Positions 29,024 to 38,858 of a stretch of 64,000 bases of DNA are shown piece after piece. The position numbers were made by a program, and so were the translations under genes. A model generated the notes under the pieces. It searched no databases. It was not told the origin of the DNA and worked only from the letters and a program-made list of their open reading frames with translations. The stretch is from an uncultured Bacteroidota bacterium (GTDB taxonomy: Bacteria; Bacteroidota; Ignavibacteria; UBA10030; UBA6906). The stretch is taken from positions 288,001-352,000 of the forward strand of contig CAVOYH010000003.1 of NCBI GenBank assembly GCA_963700635.1, in the 5' to 3' direction. Every line of letters begins with the position of its first letter. The stretch's first letter is position 1.

Positions 29024-30075
29024 CATCCGCGATACGCGAACTCGCACTCATTACATCGCTCACACGCACGTTCACCAGGTCACCCCGGCAGATGAACCGC
29101 TTGCACGAGAGTGACGCTGAATTGCTGAGGCTCCCGTCGGGCGATCTTCTCGCAATCACGACCGATGCGATCAGTGAAGAACTTTCCAGCGGATTGTACA
29201 GGGATCCATTTCTGGCAGGATGGATGGTGGTGATGGCGAACATGAGCGACCTTGCCGCCGTGGGGGCAGAGCCGCTGGGGATTCTGCTTGCACAGACCCT
29301 CCCCCCTTCATTGTCAGGAACCGAGCTGGAGAGGTTGCAGGAAGGAATCCGGGGTGCATGTTCTGCATGCGGCACGTACGTGCTCGGTGGAGACACCAAT
29401 GAAGGGCCCGCGCTTCATCTGACGGGCACCGGGGTTGGCGTGCTTTCCGGCGACCATCCGCTCTCACGAATCGGATGTCGTGAGCACGACGTCCTGTGCG
29501 CCACGGGGCCGCTGGGGGGTGGAAATGCCTTCGCCGCAAATCAGTTCGCGCGCTCGGAAGTAGCATCCACGGGCTACGCTCCTGCCGCCCGCATCCGACA
29601 GGGCATGGCACTTCGCAGCCTTGCCTCGGCATGTATGGACACCAGTGACGGTCTTTTCGCAACGCTCGATCAGCTCTCGCGCTTGAACGCCGTAGGCTTC
29701 GACCTGGACGACGATTGGGCAGATGGTCTTGATGTGGCGGCCCATGATGCCTGTGCGGATCTGGATATCCCGCTCTGGGCATTTCTTGCAGCTCCCCATG
29801 GGGAATTCGAACTGGTGTTCTCGATATCCCTGGAGCGTCTTCCCGTGTGCAAGGAACTCTTCGGGTCGTACGGATGGCGGCTCCTTCAGCTCGGCCGGGT
29901 ACGAGCCAGCTCCGGTATTCATGTTCCGGGCATCGGGACATTTACCCCTCCCCTGCTTGCGGCTATCAGAAACGCTTCGCCGCTCGGAAGAGGCGGCTTG
30001 ACGGCGTATCTCCAGTTGTTGCAACGCATCGGGAGGCTGGCGGAAAGGTTCGACAGCTTTGTGACATCTCCCTGA
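29020..30075 (+). CDS. Divergent ThiL/PurM-superfamily ATP-dependent kinase
   Basis: TTD, NMSDLAAVGA, GGDT, DTSDGL, GEFEL; ATGA overlap. Confidence 0.8.
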   Translation: MTSAIRELALITSLTRTFTRSPRQMNRLHESDAELLRLPSGDLLAITTDAISEELSSGLYRDPFLAGWMVVMANMSDLAAVGAEPLGILLAQTLPPSLSGTELERLQEGIRGACSACGTYVLGGDTNEGPALHLTGTGVGVLSGDHPLSRIGCREHDVLCATGPLGGGNAFAANQFARSEVASTGYAPAARIRQGMALRSLASACMDTSDGLFATLDQLSRLNAVGFDLDDDWADGLDVAAHDACADLDIPLWAFLAAPHGEFELVFSISLERLPVCKELFGSYGWRLLQLGRVRASSGIHVPGIGTFTPPLLAAIRNASPLGRGGLTAYLQLLQRIGRLAERFDSFVTSP

Positions 30076-30103
30076 CAAACGACGGGACGTCTGACGCTAC
30101 ATT
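30050..30103 (+). promoter_or_regulatory. Internal promoter with the same triple repeat
   Basis: TCGACA(30050)-GTGACA(30061)-CTGACA(30072)-20 nt-TACATT(30098). Confidence 0.65.
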
Positions 30104-30136
30104 GCAGACAGAGAAACCGAAGGAGGAGAAACAATC

Positions 30137-31456
30137 ATGAAACCTGATGTTGAGTACCGTGGTGGAGAGGACTTCGATCTGAAGAAGATGCTGATGCGCG
30201 GACGACATATGCGACTCGCAGAGCGTACGGCCCTCTTCGCAGAGTTCATGCGTGACCTGGGGACTCACAAAGAAATGCTCTGTCTCCGGTGCATCACATC
30301 GGCTGCCGACCGGACCGTGATGGTCCAGGATCCGGAAACCGGGGCAACTCGTCCCATGCTGATGTTCGGGTCCAACAACTACCTGGGTCTTGCTACCCAT
30401 CCCACTCTCAGGACGCACGCCTGTGAAGCATTGCAGAGTTATGGCGCGGGCGTTGGAGGCCCTCCGCTGCTCAATGGATACACCGCTCTTCATCGTTCAC
30501 TGGAACACCGGCTGGCCGCCTTGAAAGGAACGGACGATGCACTGATCTTTTCCAGCGGCTATGCCGCAAATGTCGGCCTGGTATCGGCCTTGATGAGCCG
30601 GAATGACATGGTATTCTATGACGCATACAGCCACGCATCATTCTCTGACGGCATGCATCTTGCGGGAGTGACGGCCCATCGGTTCGAGCACAATGACCTT
30701 GCTGATCTGCGCAGACTGCTTGCATCGCGGAAGAGATCCACCACCGGCGATACATATGTGGCGGTCGAAGGGGTGTACTCCATGGACGGCGACGTAGCCC
30801 CGCTGAGGGAACTCCTCACACTGTGTACAGCCCACGGGGCAATACTGATCGTCGACGATGCTCATGGAACCGGCGTCCTGGGAGCGCACGGTGGCGGAAC
30901 TGCGGAGCATTGTGGTGTCGAAGGACAGATCCCCATCACGATGGGAACGTTCAGCAAGACCTTTGCGGTCACGGGAGGATTCGTCGCGGCCTCGAAACCG
31001 GTGATCGACTATCTCCGCTTCTTCGCGCGCTCCTATATGTTTTCGGCCTCCCTCTCGCCAGTTTCCATCGCCACCGTACTTGCCGGACTTGACGTACTCC
31101 AGGAAGAGCCGGAGAGGATGTGGGCTCTCCGGCAGAACGTTGCATACGCCGCCGCCGGACTCCGCCGTCTGGGGTTCGACGTCCAGCCGGAGGCTGCCAT
31201 CATTCCCCTTCTGGTACCGCCGGGAATGGACATCCGGCGCGCGGCCCGGTTGTTTCACGAGGATGGAATCTTCGTGAATTCTATAGAATACCCCGCAGTC
31301 CCGGTGGACCAGCAACGATTCCGGATCAGCATCATGGCCACACACACGGGAAACGACATTGACCGGCTCGTGGCCAGCGTCCGTACGGTGTGGGCGGAGT
31401 GCAGGACATCAGGCGAGCAGGGGTGCCATGCGGAACCGCACGCATACGCAGCCTGA
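30137..31456 (+). CDS. Alpha-oxoamine synthase, serine-palmitoyltransferase-like (PLP)
   Basis: SNNYLGL, HAS, EGVYSMDGD, DDAHG, GTFSKTF; RBS AGGAGGAG. Confidence 0.88.
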   Translation: MKPDVEYRGGEDFDLKKMLMRGRHMRLAERTALFAEFMRDLGTHKEMLCLRCITSAADRTVMVQDPETGATRPMLMFGSNNYLGLATHPTLRTHACEALQSYGAGVGGPPLLNGYTALHRSLEHRLAALKGTDDALIFSSGYAANVGLVSALMSRNDMVFYDAYSHASFSDGMHLAGVTAHRFEHNDLADLRRLLASRKRSTTGDTYVAVEGVYSMDGDVAPLRELLTLCTAHGAILIVDDAHGTGVLGAHGGGTAEHCGVEGQIPITMGTFSKTFAVTGGFVAASKPVIDYLRFFARSYMFSASLSPVSIATVLAGLDVLQEEPERMWALRQNVAYAAAGLRRLGFDVQPEAAIIPLLVPPGMDIRRAARLFHEDGIFVNSIEYPAVPVDQQRFRISIMATHTGNDIDRLVASVRTVWAECRTSGEQGCHAEPHAYAA

Positions 31457-32822
31457 CCGGAAGAAAATACTCATCATCGTTCTGTTCCAGAACCTGGGCG
31501 ATTCGAACCCGTACTACGCCCGGAGCCCGGCGCCCCCGCTTCCGGGGTTACTTCTGGCCGCCCTGACGCCACCAATTGTCGATGTGGAAGTGCTTCACGA
31601 AATGGTGCGGCCGATCAACTATGAAACGGACGCCGGGTTTGTTGCGCTGAGTTTCATGGACTATCTCTCTCCGCATGCATACGACGTAGCAGCCCGTTTT
31701 CGGAAAGCCGGTAAAACCGTCATCGGAGGAGGAAAATTCGCCTCTACCTTTCCCGACGAAGTCCAGCCGCATTTTGACAGTATTCTCGTCGGTGAGGCAC
31801 AGGACATGTGGCCCATGATGGTGAGGGACCTGGTGGACGGCGCACTGAAGCCCCGGTATGAAGCATCGCTGAACGGGTCGCTGGCGGGTATGCCCTCACC
31901 CCGGTATGACCTTGCCGAAAGCACATACGTCACGCCGGTCGTCACGGAAGCGACACGCGGATGCCCGCATCCATGCACATACTGTCAGCTGAATATCCGG
32001 CGCACGCCGCACAGGACCAGACCGGTCGGAGACGTGGTGCGCGACCTGCGGAACACGTCGGCTCTCCCCTGGCACAAACGCAAGATGGCCATGGTGCTCG
32101 ATAACAACCTGGGAGGCGACCTGATCTATGCGAAGGAGCTCCTTGCGGCGATCGCTGATCTGAAGCTGTGGGGCCTCGGCGTACAATTCAGCATCGAAGC
32201 GCTACGCGACGACGCCTTTGTGGAGGTGCTTGCCGCAGCCCGATGCCGCATGGCATTCATCGGTATGGAATCCCTCGACCCACGCAGCCTTGCAGATGTG
32301 AAAAAGAAGCAGAACAACGTCTCGGAATACCGGGACGCATTCGACAAGCTCCACCGCCACGGGATCCTCACCTTCACCGGGTTGATGTTCGCGCTGGATG
32401 AGGACACCCCGGCCTACTATCGTGAACTCCCCCGCCTCCTTGAGGAAGTGGGCACCACGGTGATACTCCCGTCGATCGCGATCCCGATCTATGGGACGCC
32501 GCTGTACCAGAAAGTAGTTGCCGAAGGCCGGTTGCTTGACACCGACCTTTCTCACTACGAGGGCGACCATCTGGTGTTCCGGCACAAGTACATGTCGCCG
32601 GAGCAGATCCGTGAAGCCTATCGCACCGTTACCATGGGGTTTTACCGGTGGGGCACCATCCTGAAGCGGTGGATCAGATTCATGGGAAAGCAGTCGAAAC
32701 AGGAATCCCTCGGCGGGTTTCTTCTGAAGCTGTCTGTTCTGAGTTTCATATACGTGAAGCTGTCCGTCTTCCAGCGCCACCACGCCCGGATCCGCATCAA
32801 CGGCGGTGCGATGGCATCGTAA
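31428..32822 (+). CDS. B12-binding-domain radical SAM enzyme
   Basis: RGCPHPCTYC; N-terminal GG..AS...GEA cobalamin-type domain; IGMES; PIYGTPLY. Confidence 0.88.
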   Translation: MRNRTHTQPDRKKILIIVLFQNLGDSNPYYARSPAPPLPGLLLAALTPPIVDVEVLHEMVRPINYETDAGFVALSFMDYLSPHAYDVAARFRKAGKTVIGGGKFASTFPDEVQPHFDSILVGEAQDMWPMMVRDLVDGALKPRYEASLNGSLAGMPSPRYDLAESTYVTPVVTEATRGCPHPCTYCQLNIRRTPHRTRPVGDVVRDLRNTSALPWHKRKMAMVLDNNLGGDLIYAKELLAAIADLKLWGLGVQFSIEALRDDAFVEVLAAARCRMAFIGMESLDPRSLADVKKKQNNVSEYRDAFDKLHRHGILTFTGLMFALDEDTPAYYRELPRLLEEVGTTVILPSIAIPIYGTPLYQKVVAEGRLLDTDLSHYEGDHLVFRHKYMSPEQIREAYRTVTMGFYRWGTILKRWIRFMGKQSKQESLGGFLLKLSVLSFIYVKLSVFQRHHARIRINGGAMAS

Positions 32823-32842
32823 CGCGCACCCGGCATCTCCGG

Positions 32843-33559
32843 TCAGCGCTTCCTGCCTCGTGCGGATGACACCTTCCCTTCCCGGGAGAATTTGTATCCT
32901 GCTGTGTGCACGGTGAGGATATGCTGCGGTGTGGCGGCGTTGATTTCCAGCTTCTTGCGAAGAGAGAGAATATAGTTATCGACCGTTCTTGTCGTCGGAA
33001 ATACCTCGTACCCCCAGACCCCGTTGAGGAGCATGTCCCGCGTGACGACTTCCCCTTCGTGCAGAATAAGGAATTTGAGGACACTGTATTCGCGCACGGA
33101 CAGCTGCACTGGCACCCCGCCGCGCACTGCCTCCTGCTTGCGAAAGTCAACGGTCACGGAGGCAAACGCGTAGTCATCGAGTTCCGTCCGGAGTTCATGG
33201 CTCCTCCGGAACCGGGCATGAATGCGTGCCAGGAGTTCCCGTGTGCTGAACGGCTTGGTCATATAGTCATCCGCGCCCATCTCCAGACCGAGCACTTTGT
33301 CCATTTCCTGACTCTTGCTCGTCAGCATGAGGATTGGCGTTTGAACGCCGCTCTCCCGGAGTTGTTTGCACACTTCTTCGCCATTGATGTCGGGAAGACC
33401 GAGATCGAGGAGAATGAGATCCACATTTTCCTTCCGGCCCAGCGTCAACCCCCGCGAACCGGTCGGCGCGGTGAGGACCCGAAAGTGTTCTGCGGTGAGC
33501 ACCTCCTCCAGACCCTGGATGATGGCGGGATCGTCTTCAATAACGAGGATGGTTTTCAT
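32843..33559 (-). CDS. OmpR/PhoB-family response regulator
   Basis: IEDD, LLDLGLP, GADDYMTKPF, RTVDNYILSLRKKLE, GYKF. Confidence 0.95.
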   Translation of the reverse strand: MKTILVIEDDPAIIQGLEEVLTAEHFRVLTAPTGSRGLTLGRKENVDLILLDLGLPDINGEEVCKQLRESGVQTPILMLTSKSQEMDKVLGLEMGADDYMTKPFSTRELLARIHARFRRSHELRTELDDYAFASVTVDFRKQEAVRGGVPVQLSVREYSVLKFLILHEGEVVTRDMLLNGVWGYEVFPTTRTVDNYILSLRKKLEINAATPQHILTVHTAGYKFSREGKVSSARGRKR

Positions 33560-36038
33560 TGGACCTCTTCCGTGTGTTGGGAGCCGGAGCAGGAAACACC
33601 AATGTGATTTCGCTTCCTTTTCCCACGGCGCTTTCCACCTCAACCCGGCCGCCGTGAGCATCCATGATGTGCTTGACTATCGAGAGGCCGATGCCGACCC
33701 CCTGGAGACGCCGGGGAAGCGTGGGATCCCGGTAGAATTTTTCGAAGACATGCGGACGGGCCTCGGGGCTGATTCCTGCCCCGCGATCGCGGACGCTGCA
33801 GATGATGGCATCCCGCCGTTTGGCGGCAACAATCGTAATCATTTTTTCCTCACCCCCATACTTCATTGCGTTGGTGAGAAGATTCATGACGGCCTCGCCG
33901 ACGGCATCCGGGTCTGCGTGGATCGTGAGACGGGAACGGTTGCGTGGAAAGCGGCGCTCCACCCGAAATCCCTCTTTGCGCAGCTGGTATTCCAGGAGCC
34001 GGAGGACGGATTTGAGTGTCCGGAGCAGGTCCATGTCGCGAAAGGAGTACTGCACAGCCCCGTCTTCGATGCGTGCGGAGTCGAGAATCGTGGAGACCAT
34101 CCGGTTCAGACGATCCGCTTCACCCTCCACGACGGTCAGAAAGCCACGCCCCTTCCTGTCGCTCGCGGCGACATGCCTCTTGAGAAGCTCTGTGTACATT
34201 TTGATAGACGTGAGCGGCGTCCGCAGATCGTGTGACACGTAGGAAACAAAATCCGATTTCAGCGCGTTGAGGGTGAGCAATCTGTCGGCTTCAGCTTCCT
34301 TGACAATCAGCTGTCGCTGCAACCGGAGGCGTTCTATCTCCAGACCCGCCTGTGACGCAACGCCACGGAGAAGGTCAATGTCCTCGCTGCTGAACCGGTG
34401 TCCTGATTCCTTGGGCCCGAGCAGGATGTAGCCGAGGATCCGTTCCTGTTTCGAGTGGACCGGGACGGCGATCACAAGATCCCACATTGCCGCGAGGCGG
34501 GAGTCTGCCGTAACACAGGCCAGACCCTGTTCGATGGCGGCGTCAACGGCGATCGGGAGAGGGCGGCCAAATGTCTTCTCGTGGAGATATGCCATCAATT
34601 CCGAAACAGCTTCGACCGGTTTTCCATGCCACGCCAGGACCGTCGGTGTACCATCGTTCTTCGTGTCGACCACAAATGCAAGCAGGCTGGTCGGGAGAAG
34701 CCGTGCCAGCCGATCGATGAGTTTCCTCGCGAGAAGGGTTTCCGAGGGCGCGCGCCGGATCTCTTCCAGTAGCTCACCTGCCGCCTTCCGATAATCGTAC
34801 CGTACCCGGAAATAGCGCATATCGACGTGATGCTGCACTGTGCGCCGGAGGGGCTGGAAAACGAGGGCAATGAGAACAGCGCTGCCGGTCGAGATCACGA
34901 GCGAGATTTCGAACGTGAATGTTGTCACCATGGCAGCCACGCCGAGGACGAGCGCAAGATACACCCCCACAATGATCGCCGTCACCGTCGCATAGACGAC
35001 GCTCCGGTTGAGCAGAAGATCGATATCAAGAATGTGGTATCGCACGATGGAGATACCGAATGAGAGCGGAATCGCCCCCGAGAAGAGCAGCATGACCTCC
35101 TCGGGCACCAGCCCGTACGAGAGAATGATCGAGGGGATGACCCAGAGAACAACGAACGGAACGAAGCCGACAAACAGTCCCCAGACGACCCAGCGCAGCC
35201 GTCTGCGTTCCGGCTCTTCGCCCGCCGTCAGGTATGCGTGGCGCACCGAGAGGAGTCCACCGACCACCAGGGCAACAAGAAACCAGCGTGTTGCCGTGAA
35301 TGCCTGGAGATGAACATGGAAATCCGTCACCAGGCCAGTATCGGCGGCGCGAATGAACGTCACGCCGTTCGCCACCGAGAGAACGGCAGCGAGCCCATAC
35401 AGGCTCGCAAACATCCAGACGTGCTTCGGTGTTCGATCGCGAGGGAACAGCGATGCGAATCGGAGAAACCACACGGGGACAAACGCATACATGACTGAGA
35501 ATACGACCCGGAGCCCGATACCGACCTCAAGCGGAATCGTGCCGTACTGACCCCATGTTGTCGAGAGCATGACGGCGGTGCCGACGGCGCCCAGGTGAAA
35601 CACGCGCGCAGCCCGGTCTCCGGGTCGACGGAGGAACACAACGATTCCAACGCCGTAGAACAACATGCTGACGAGAATGACGATGACGAGATACAGGGAT
35701 CCATAGTATGGTACGAGGGAGATCGTAAGGGTGCGGAGTGTGCCGTCTCTCTCGACGACACACGGAACGAGCGTTCCGACAGTGTGGCGATCAAGGAGAA
35801 ACTCGATATCCTCCACGTTTCGCACCTGCTGACCTGCGATGCTGACCATCCGGTCTCCGGCGAGGAACTTCGAGGGAGGTGAGGCGACGTGAGTGCAGAC
35901 GATGCGCTCGTCAACTTCTGAGTAGCTGATCCCGAGGCCGGGCTTGGCAGCGATGCGGAGAATACCAACACAGCAGAGGAGGAGCACCCCTCCGTGGAGG
36001 AGCGCGGCAATCGGGTGCGCGCGAATCGAGGAGAACAT
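33537..36038 (-). CDS. Membrane sensor histidine kinase (PDZ-like, multi-TM, GAF-like, HisKA, HATPase)
   Basis: GDRMVSIAGQQV PDZ-like; SHDLRTPLTSI; NLLTNAMKY, DRGAG, GIGL; start uncertain. Confidence 0.92.
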   Translation of the reverse strand: MFSSIRAHPIAALLHGGVLLLCCVGILRIAAKPGLGISYSEVDERIVCTHVASPPSKFLAGDRMVSIAGQQVRNVEDIEFLLDRHTVGTLVPCVVERDGTLRTLTISLVPYYGSLYLVIVILVSMLFYGVGIVVFLRRPGDRAARVFHLGAVGTAVMLSTTWGQYGTIPLEVGIGLRVVFSVMYAFVPVWFLRFASLFPRDRTPKHVWMFASLYGLAAVLSVANGVTFIRAADTGLVTDFHVHLQAFTATRWFLVALVVGGLLSVRHAYLTAGEEPERRRLRWVVWGLFVGFVPFVVLWVIPSIILSYGLVPEEVMLLFSGAIPLSFGISIVRYHILDIDLLLNRSVVYATVTAIIVGVYLALVLGVAAMVTTFTFEISLVISTGSAVLIALVFQPLRRTVQHHVDMRYFRVRYDYRKAAGELLEEIRRAPSETLLARKLIDRLARLLPTSLLAFVVDTKNDGTPTVLAWHGKPVEAVSELMAYLHEKTFGRPLPIAVDAAIEQGLACVTADSRLAAMWDLVIAVPVHSKQERILGYILLGPKESGHRFSSEDIDLLRGVASQAGLEIERLRLQRQLIVKEAEADRLLTLNALKSDFVSYVSHDLRTPLTSIKMYTELLKRHVAASDRKGRGFLTVVEGEADRLNRMVSTILDSARIEDGAVQYSFRDMDLLRTLKSVLRLLEYQLRKEGFRVERRFPRNRSRLTIHADPDAVGEAVMNLLTNAMKYGGEEKMITIVAAKRRDAIICSVRDRGAGISPEARPHVFEKFYRDPTLPRRLQGVGIGLSIVKHIMDAHGGRVEVESAVGKGSEITLVFPAPAPNTRKRSNENHPRY

Positions 36039-36096
36039 GAGGCCTTCCGTGATGCCGTGCGCAATATACGGATTCTCCTCAAACTCCGCCAGAGCA

Positions 36097-36125
36097 TTGC
36101 TTTTCCTGTGCGATTTCGCCATACT
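36097..36125 (+). promoter_or_regulatory. Sigma70-type promoter upstream of the smpB remnant
   Basis: TTGCTT-17 nt-CATACT. Confidence 0.5.
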
Positions 36126-36149
36126 AAACGCGCAATTTCAAGACGGCGC

Positions 36150-36364
36150 ATGGCACACCAGGCAGAGGCGGACGAAAAAGTTGTTGCAACAAATCGTAAG
36201 GCACGCCTGAGTATGCTGTCCTTGAGGCTCTCGAAACCGGAATCGTCCTGACCGGCACGGAAGTGAAATCGCTCCGCCAGGGAAACGCGCATATGACCGG
36301 AGAGAAGATGAACAAGTCGCTGGATAACTACATCGGGATCAGTGCTCCGAACGCCGCCAGATAG
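36150..36364 (+). pseudogene. smpB: smpB 5' remnant fused to a TyrRS KMSKS-loop fragment
   Basis: MAHQAEADEKVVATNRKAR, then a frameshift near 36207, then EYAVLEALETGIVLTGTEVKSLRQGNA, then GEKMNKSLDNYIGIS. Confidence 0.8.
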
Positions 36365-36446
36365 ACCCCACAGAAACCACGGGAACTCCCATATCCGGCA
36401 ACTCGTTATACCCGATACACCTCCACCCCCATTCCTGAGGCAGACC

Positions 36447-37679
36447 ATGCACAATCTTGTGCGACAATCCGCGGTTCTCTTCGTCCTTCTTGCAAGTTCC
36501 ACCCTGCACCAGGCACCAGCCGGCCAGCCCAACCCGGATTCCTCCCTCTCCCTTCGAGCCCACACTCTCGCCCAACGCTTGACCATCGTGGATACCCACA
36601 TCGACCTGCCTTCGCTGCTGCTCGACAAATGGCATGATGTGTCGGTCAGAAAACCCGGTGACAACTTTGACTATGTCAGGGCAAAGGAGGGGGGACTCAC
36701 TGTTCCGTTTATGTCCATCTACATCCCCTCACGCCTGGAAGGAACAGGAAAGGCAAAAGAGCGGGCAGAACAGATGATTGCGGCAGTGCGCAAGATGGTC
36801 ACAACATGGCCGGATAAGTTTGACCTCGTCTACTCGCCCGTAGAGATCGAGCGGAAGAAACACTCAGGAAAAATTCTCCTCGCCATGGGGATGGAAAACG
36901 GCGCGCCTCTCCAGGGAAACCTCGCAAATCTTGCGTACTTCCATTCGCTCGGAATCCGCTACATCACCCTGGCCCATGCACAATGGAATCACCTCTGTGA
37001 TGCATCCTACGATCCGGAGAGACACTGGAATGGCCTGAGCCCGTTTGGCAAACAGGTGATCGGGGAGATGAACCGCCTTGGCATCATGGTGGATGTCTCC
37101 CACCTCACAGACAGCGCCGCATTCCAGGCAATCCGACTTTCACGTGCCCCGGTTATTGCCTCACACTCTTCATGCCGGTCCTTTACCCCGGACTTCGAAC
37201 GGAATATGAGCGATGAACTGATCGTCGCTCTCGCAAAGAAGGGGGGCGTTATCCAGATTAACTTCGGATCGGAATTTATAGACGACTCAGTCCGGACCGC
37301 GTATGTGAGGCACGGCAACGCTGTCGCTGATTCCATCCGGCGCAGGGGATTAAATCCACAATCTGCGGAAGCACGGAAGTTTAAACGGGAATACGCCAGA
37401 AAGAATCCGCAACCCTATGCAACGATCGACGAGGTTGCCGCGCATATTGACCATGTCCGGCACCTGGTAGGCGTTGATTTCGTCGGGCTCGGGTCTGACT
37501 TCGAAGGTGTTGGCAATTCGCTTCCTGAAGGACTTAAAGACGTGTCCGGATATCCGAACCTGATCGAGGCATTACTCCGGAGGGGGTATGATGAACGGGA
37601 TATCGCCAAGGTGTGCGGCGGGAACCTGCTCAGAGTCTGGTCTGCTGTGGAACAGGTGGCACACGAGGAACACCAATAA
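36447..37679 (+). CDS. Exported membrane dipeptidase (M19)
   Basis: DTHID, GMEN, MVDVSH, IASHS, GLGSDFEG. Confidence 0.93.
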   Translation: MHNLVRQSAVLFVLLASSTLHQAPAGQPNPDSSLSLRAHTLAQRLTIVDTHIDLPSLLLDKWHDVSVRKPGDNFDYVRAKEGGLTVPFMSIYIPSRLEGTGKAKERAEQMIAAVRKMVTTWPDKFDLVYSPVEIERKKHSGKILLAMGMENGAPLQGNLANLAYFHSLGIRYITLAHAQWNHLCDASYDPERHWNGLSPFGKQVIGEMNRLGIMVDVSHLTDSAAFQAIRLSRAPVIASHSSCRSFTPDFERNMSDELIVALAKKGGVIQINFGSEFIDDSVRTAYVRHGNAVADSIRRRGLNPQSAEARKFKREYARKNPQPYATIDEVAAHIDHVRHLVGVDFVGLGSDFEGVGNSLPEGLKDVSGYPNLIEALLRRGYDERDIAKVCGGNLLRVWSAVEQVAHEEHQ

Positions 37680-37705
37680 GGATAGAAGTCCTGGATGGCA
37701 TTCGT

Positions 37706-38590
37706 TCAACGTAACAGCATCATCAGGTGTGTGCGCACCTGCTTTCGGGTTTCCATCACGCACGCATACATCCCCGAAGGAAGCTCTGCCCCATCAAAGT
37801 ACAACTCGTACAACCCGGATTCATGGTGAGATTCAACGATCGTTCTGATGTGCTGGCCAAGAACGTTGCACAGGGATAGTCTGACCGGACCCGGCTGAGA
37901 CACACTATAATAGATGCGCGTGGATGGGTTGAACGGATTGGGAGAGTTGCAGAGAACTGTGATCAATCCGGAGTGAACAAGCTCACTCGTTCTTCCGGAA
38001 ACGGAGAGCGGCGCCGATGCTGAATTCCTGGGATTGGGGAGGCCCACCACAAAATCTTCTCCGTTATCCCCCGAGTCTTTTTTTCCATCCTCCCGCCGGT
38101 GTACCGACTGTGTGCTGCCCGGACCGGGAGCCGGAGCGGAGCCCTCAAAACAGCTGGCCGTCGATCCAAATCCCACAAAGTCCACAACCGACGGACCCAG
38201 AGGACACACTCCGGCAAGTGCCGCCGGCGAGTTGACAAGTGCCACCTTCCCGGCCGTCGCACTCATGGCAATTGATCCGGTGACGTCCGGGATTGGCAGC
38301 GCGACCGAACCGCCGCCACCGGGAGCCTCCTGGATCAGAAAGTATCTCGAAGGGTGTATCATGCCTGCCAACGGCGTGCCCTGCCAGGTTCCACCTGTTG
38401 CTGAGGCGTATTGCAGACTCCAGCCGGCGAGATCCACGGGAGATGAGCCCGTATTGAGAATTTCAACAAAATCGTGCGTAAACGTTGAACCGCTGTTCCC
38501 CCCACCGCCATAAATCTGGCTGATTCGGACCTGCCCCGGACACTTACCCGCCAGAACGACCAAAACAAGGAGAAATAGCACCTGTTTCAT
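37706..38590 (-). CDS. Lamin-tail-domain protein with T9SS CTD
   Basis: ISQIYGGGGNSG..DFVEI.N; NSPNPFNP CTD. Confidence 0.88.
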   Translation of the reverse strand: MKQVLFLLVLVVLAGKCPGQVRISQIYGGGGNSGSTFTHDFVEILNTGSSPVDLAGWSLQYASATGGTWQGTPLAGMIHPSRYFLIQEAPGGGGSVALPIPDVTGSIAMSATAGKVALVNSPAALAGVCPLGPSVVDFVGFGSTASCFEGSAPAPGPGSTQSVHRREDGKKDSGDNGEDFVVGLPNPRNSASAPLSVSGRTSELVHSGLITVLCNSPNPFNPSTRIYYSVSQPGPVRLSLCNVLGQHIRTIVESHHESGLYELYFDGAELPSGMYACVMETRKQVRTHLMMLLR

Positions 38591-38858
38591 GCTTCCTCAC
38601 CTCACCCTTAAACCCTGAGTAGTAATCCAGAAGTTGTGAACCTCCCACGGCACCAATCATCCCGCTACACTTACTACACCGTGACAATCAGAATTCCGTG
38701 TGCGGACAATGGGTATCTGCGTCTTGACTTTCTCAGCCAACGGTGCAATATTCTTATATAGAGAAGAACCCGAGATTGTCCTTTTTCTCGAAACCTCGTT
38801 CACTCCTGCCAACAGAGAGGGGTTCTCTGTTTATCCTACTTTCGAAGGAGGGCACACC

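Noticed and set aside
30137-31456. Annotation as bioF
   Set aside because: No biotin genes nearby; SPT-like GTFSK motif and lipid-enzyme context; symbol withheld
35360-36664. 434-aa minus-strand ORF
   Set aside because: Overlaps the kinase in another frame and the dipeptidase antisense; Ser/Arg-rich
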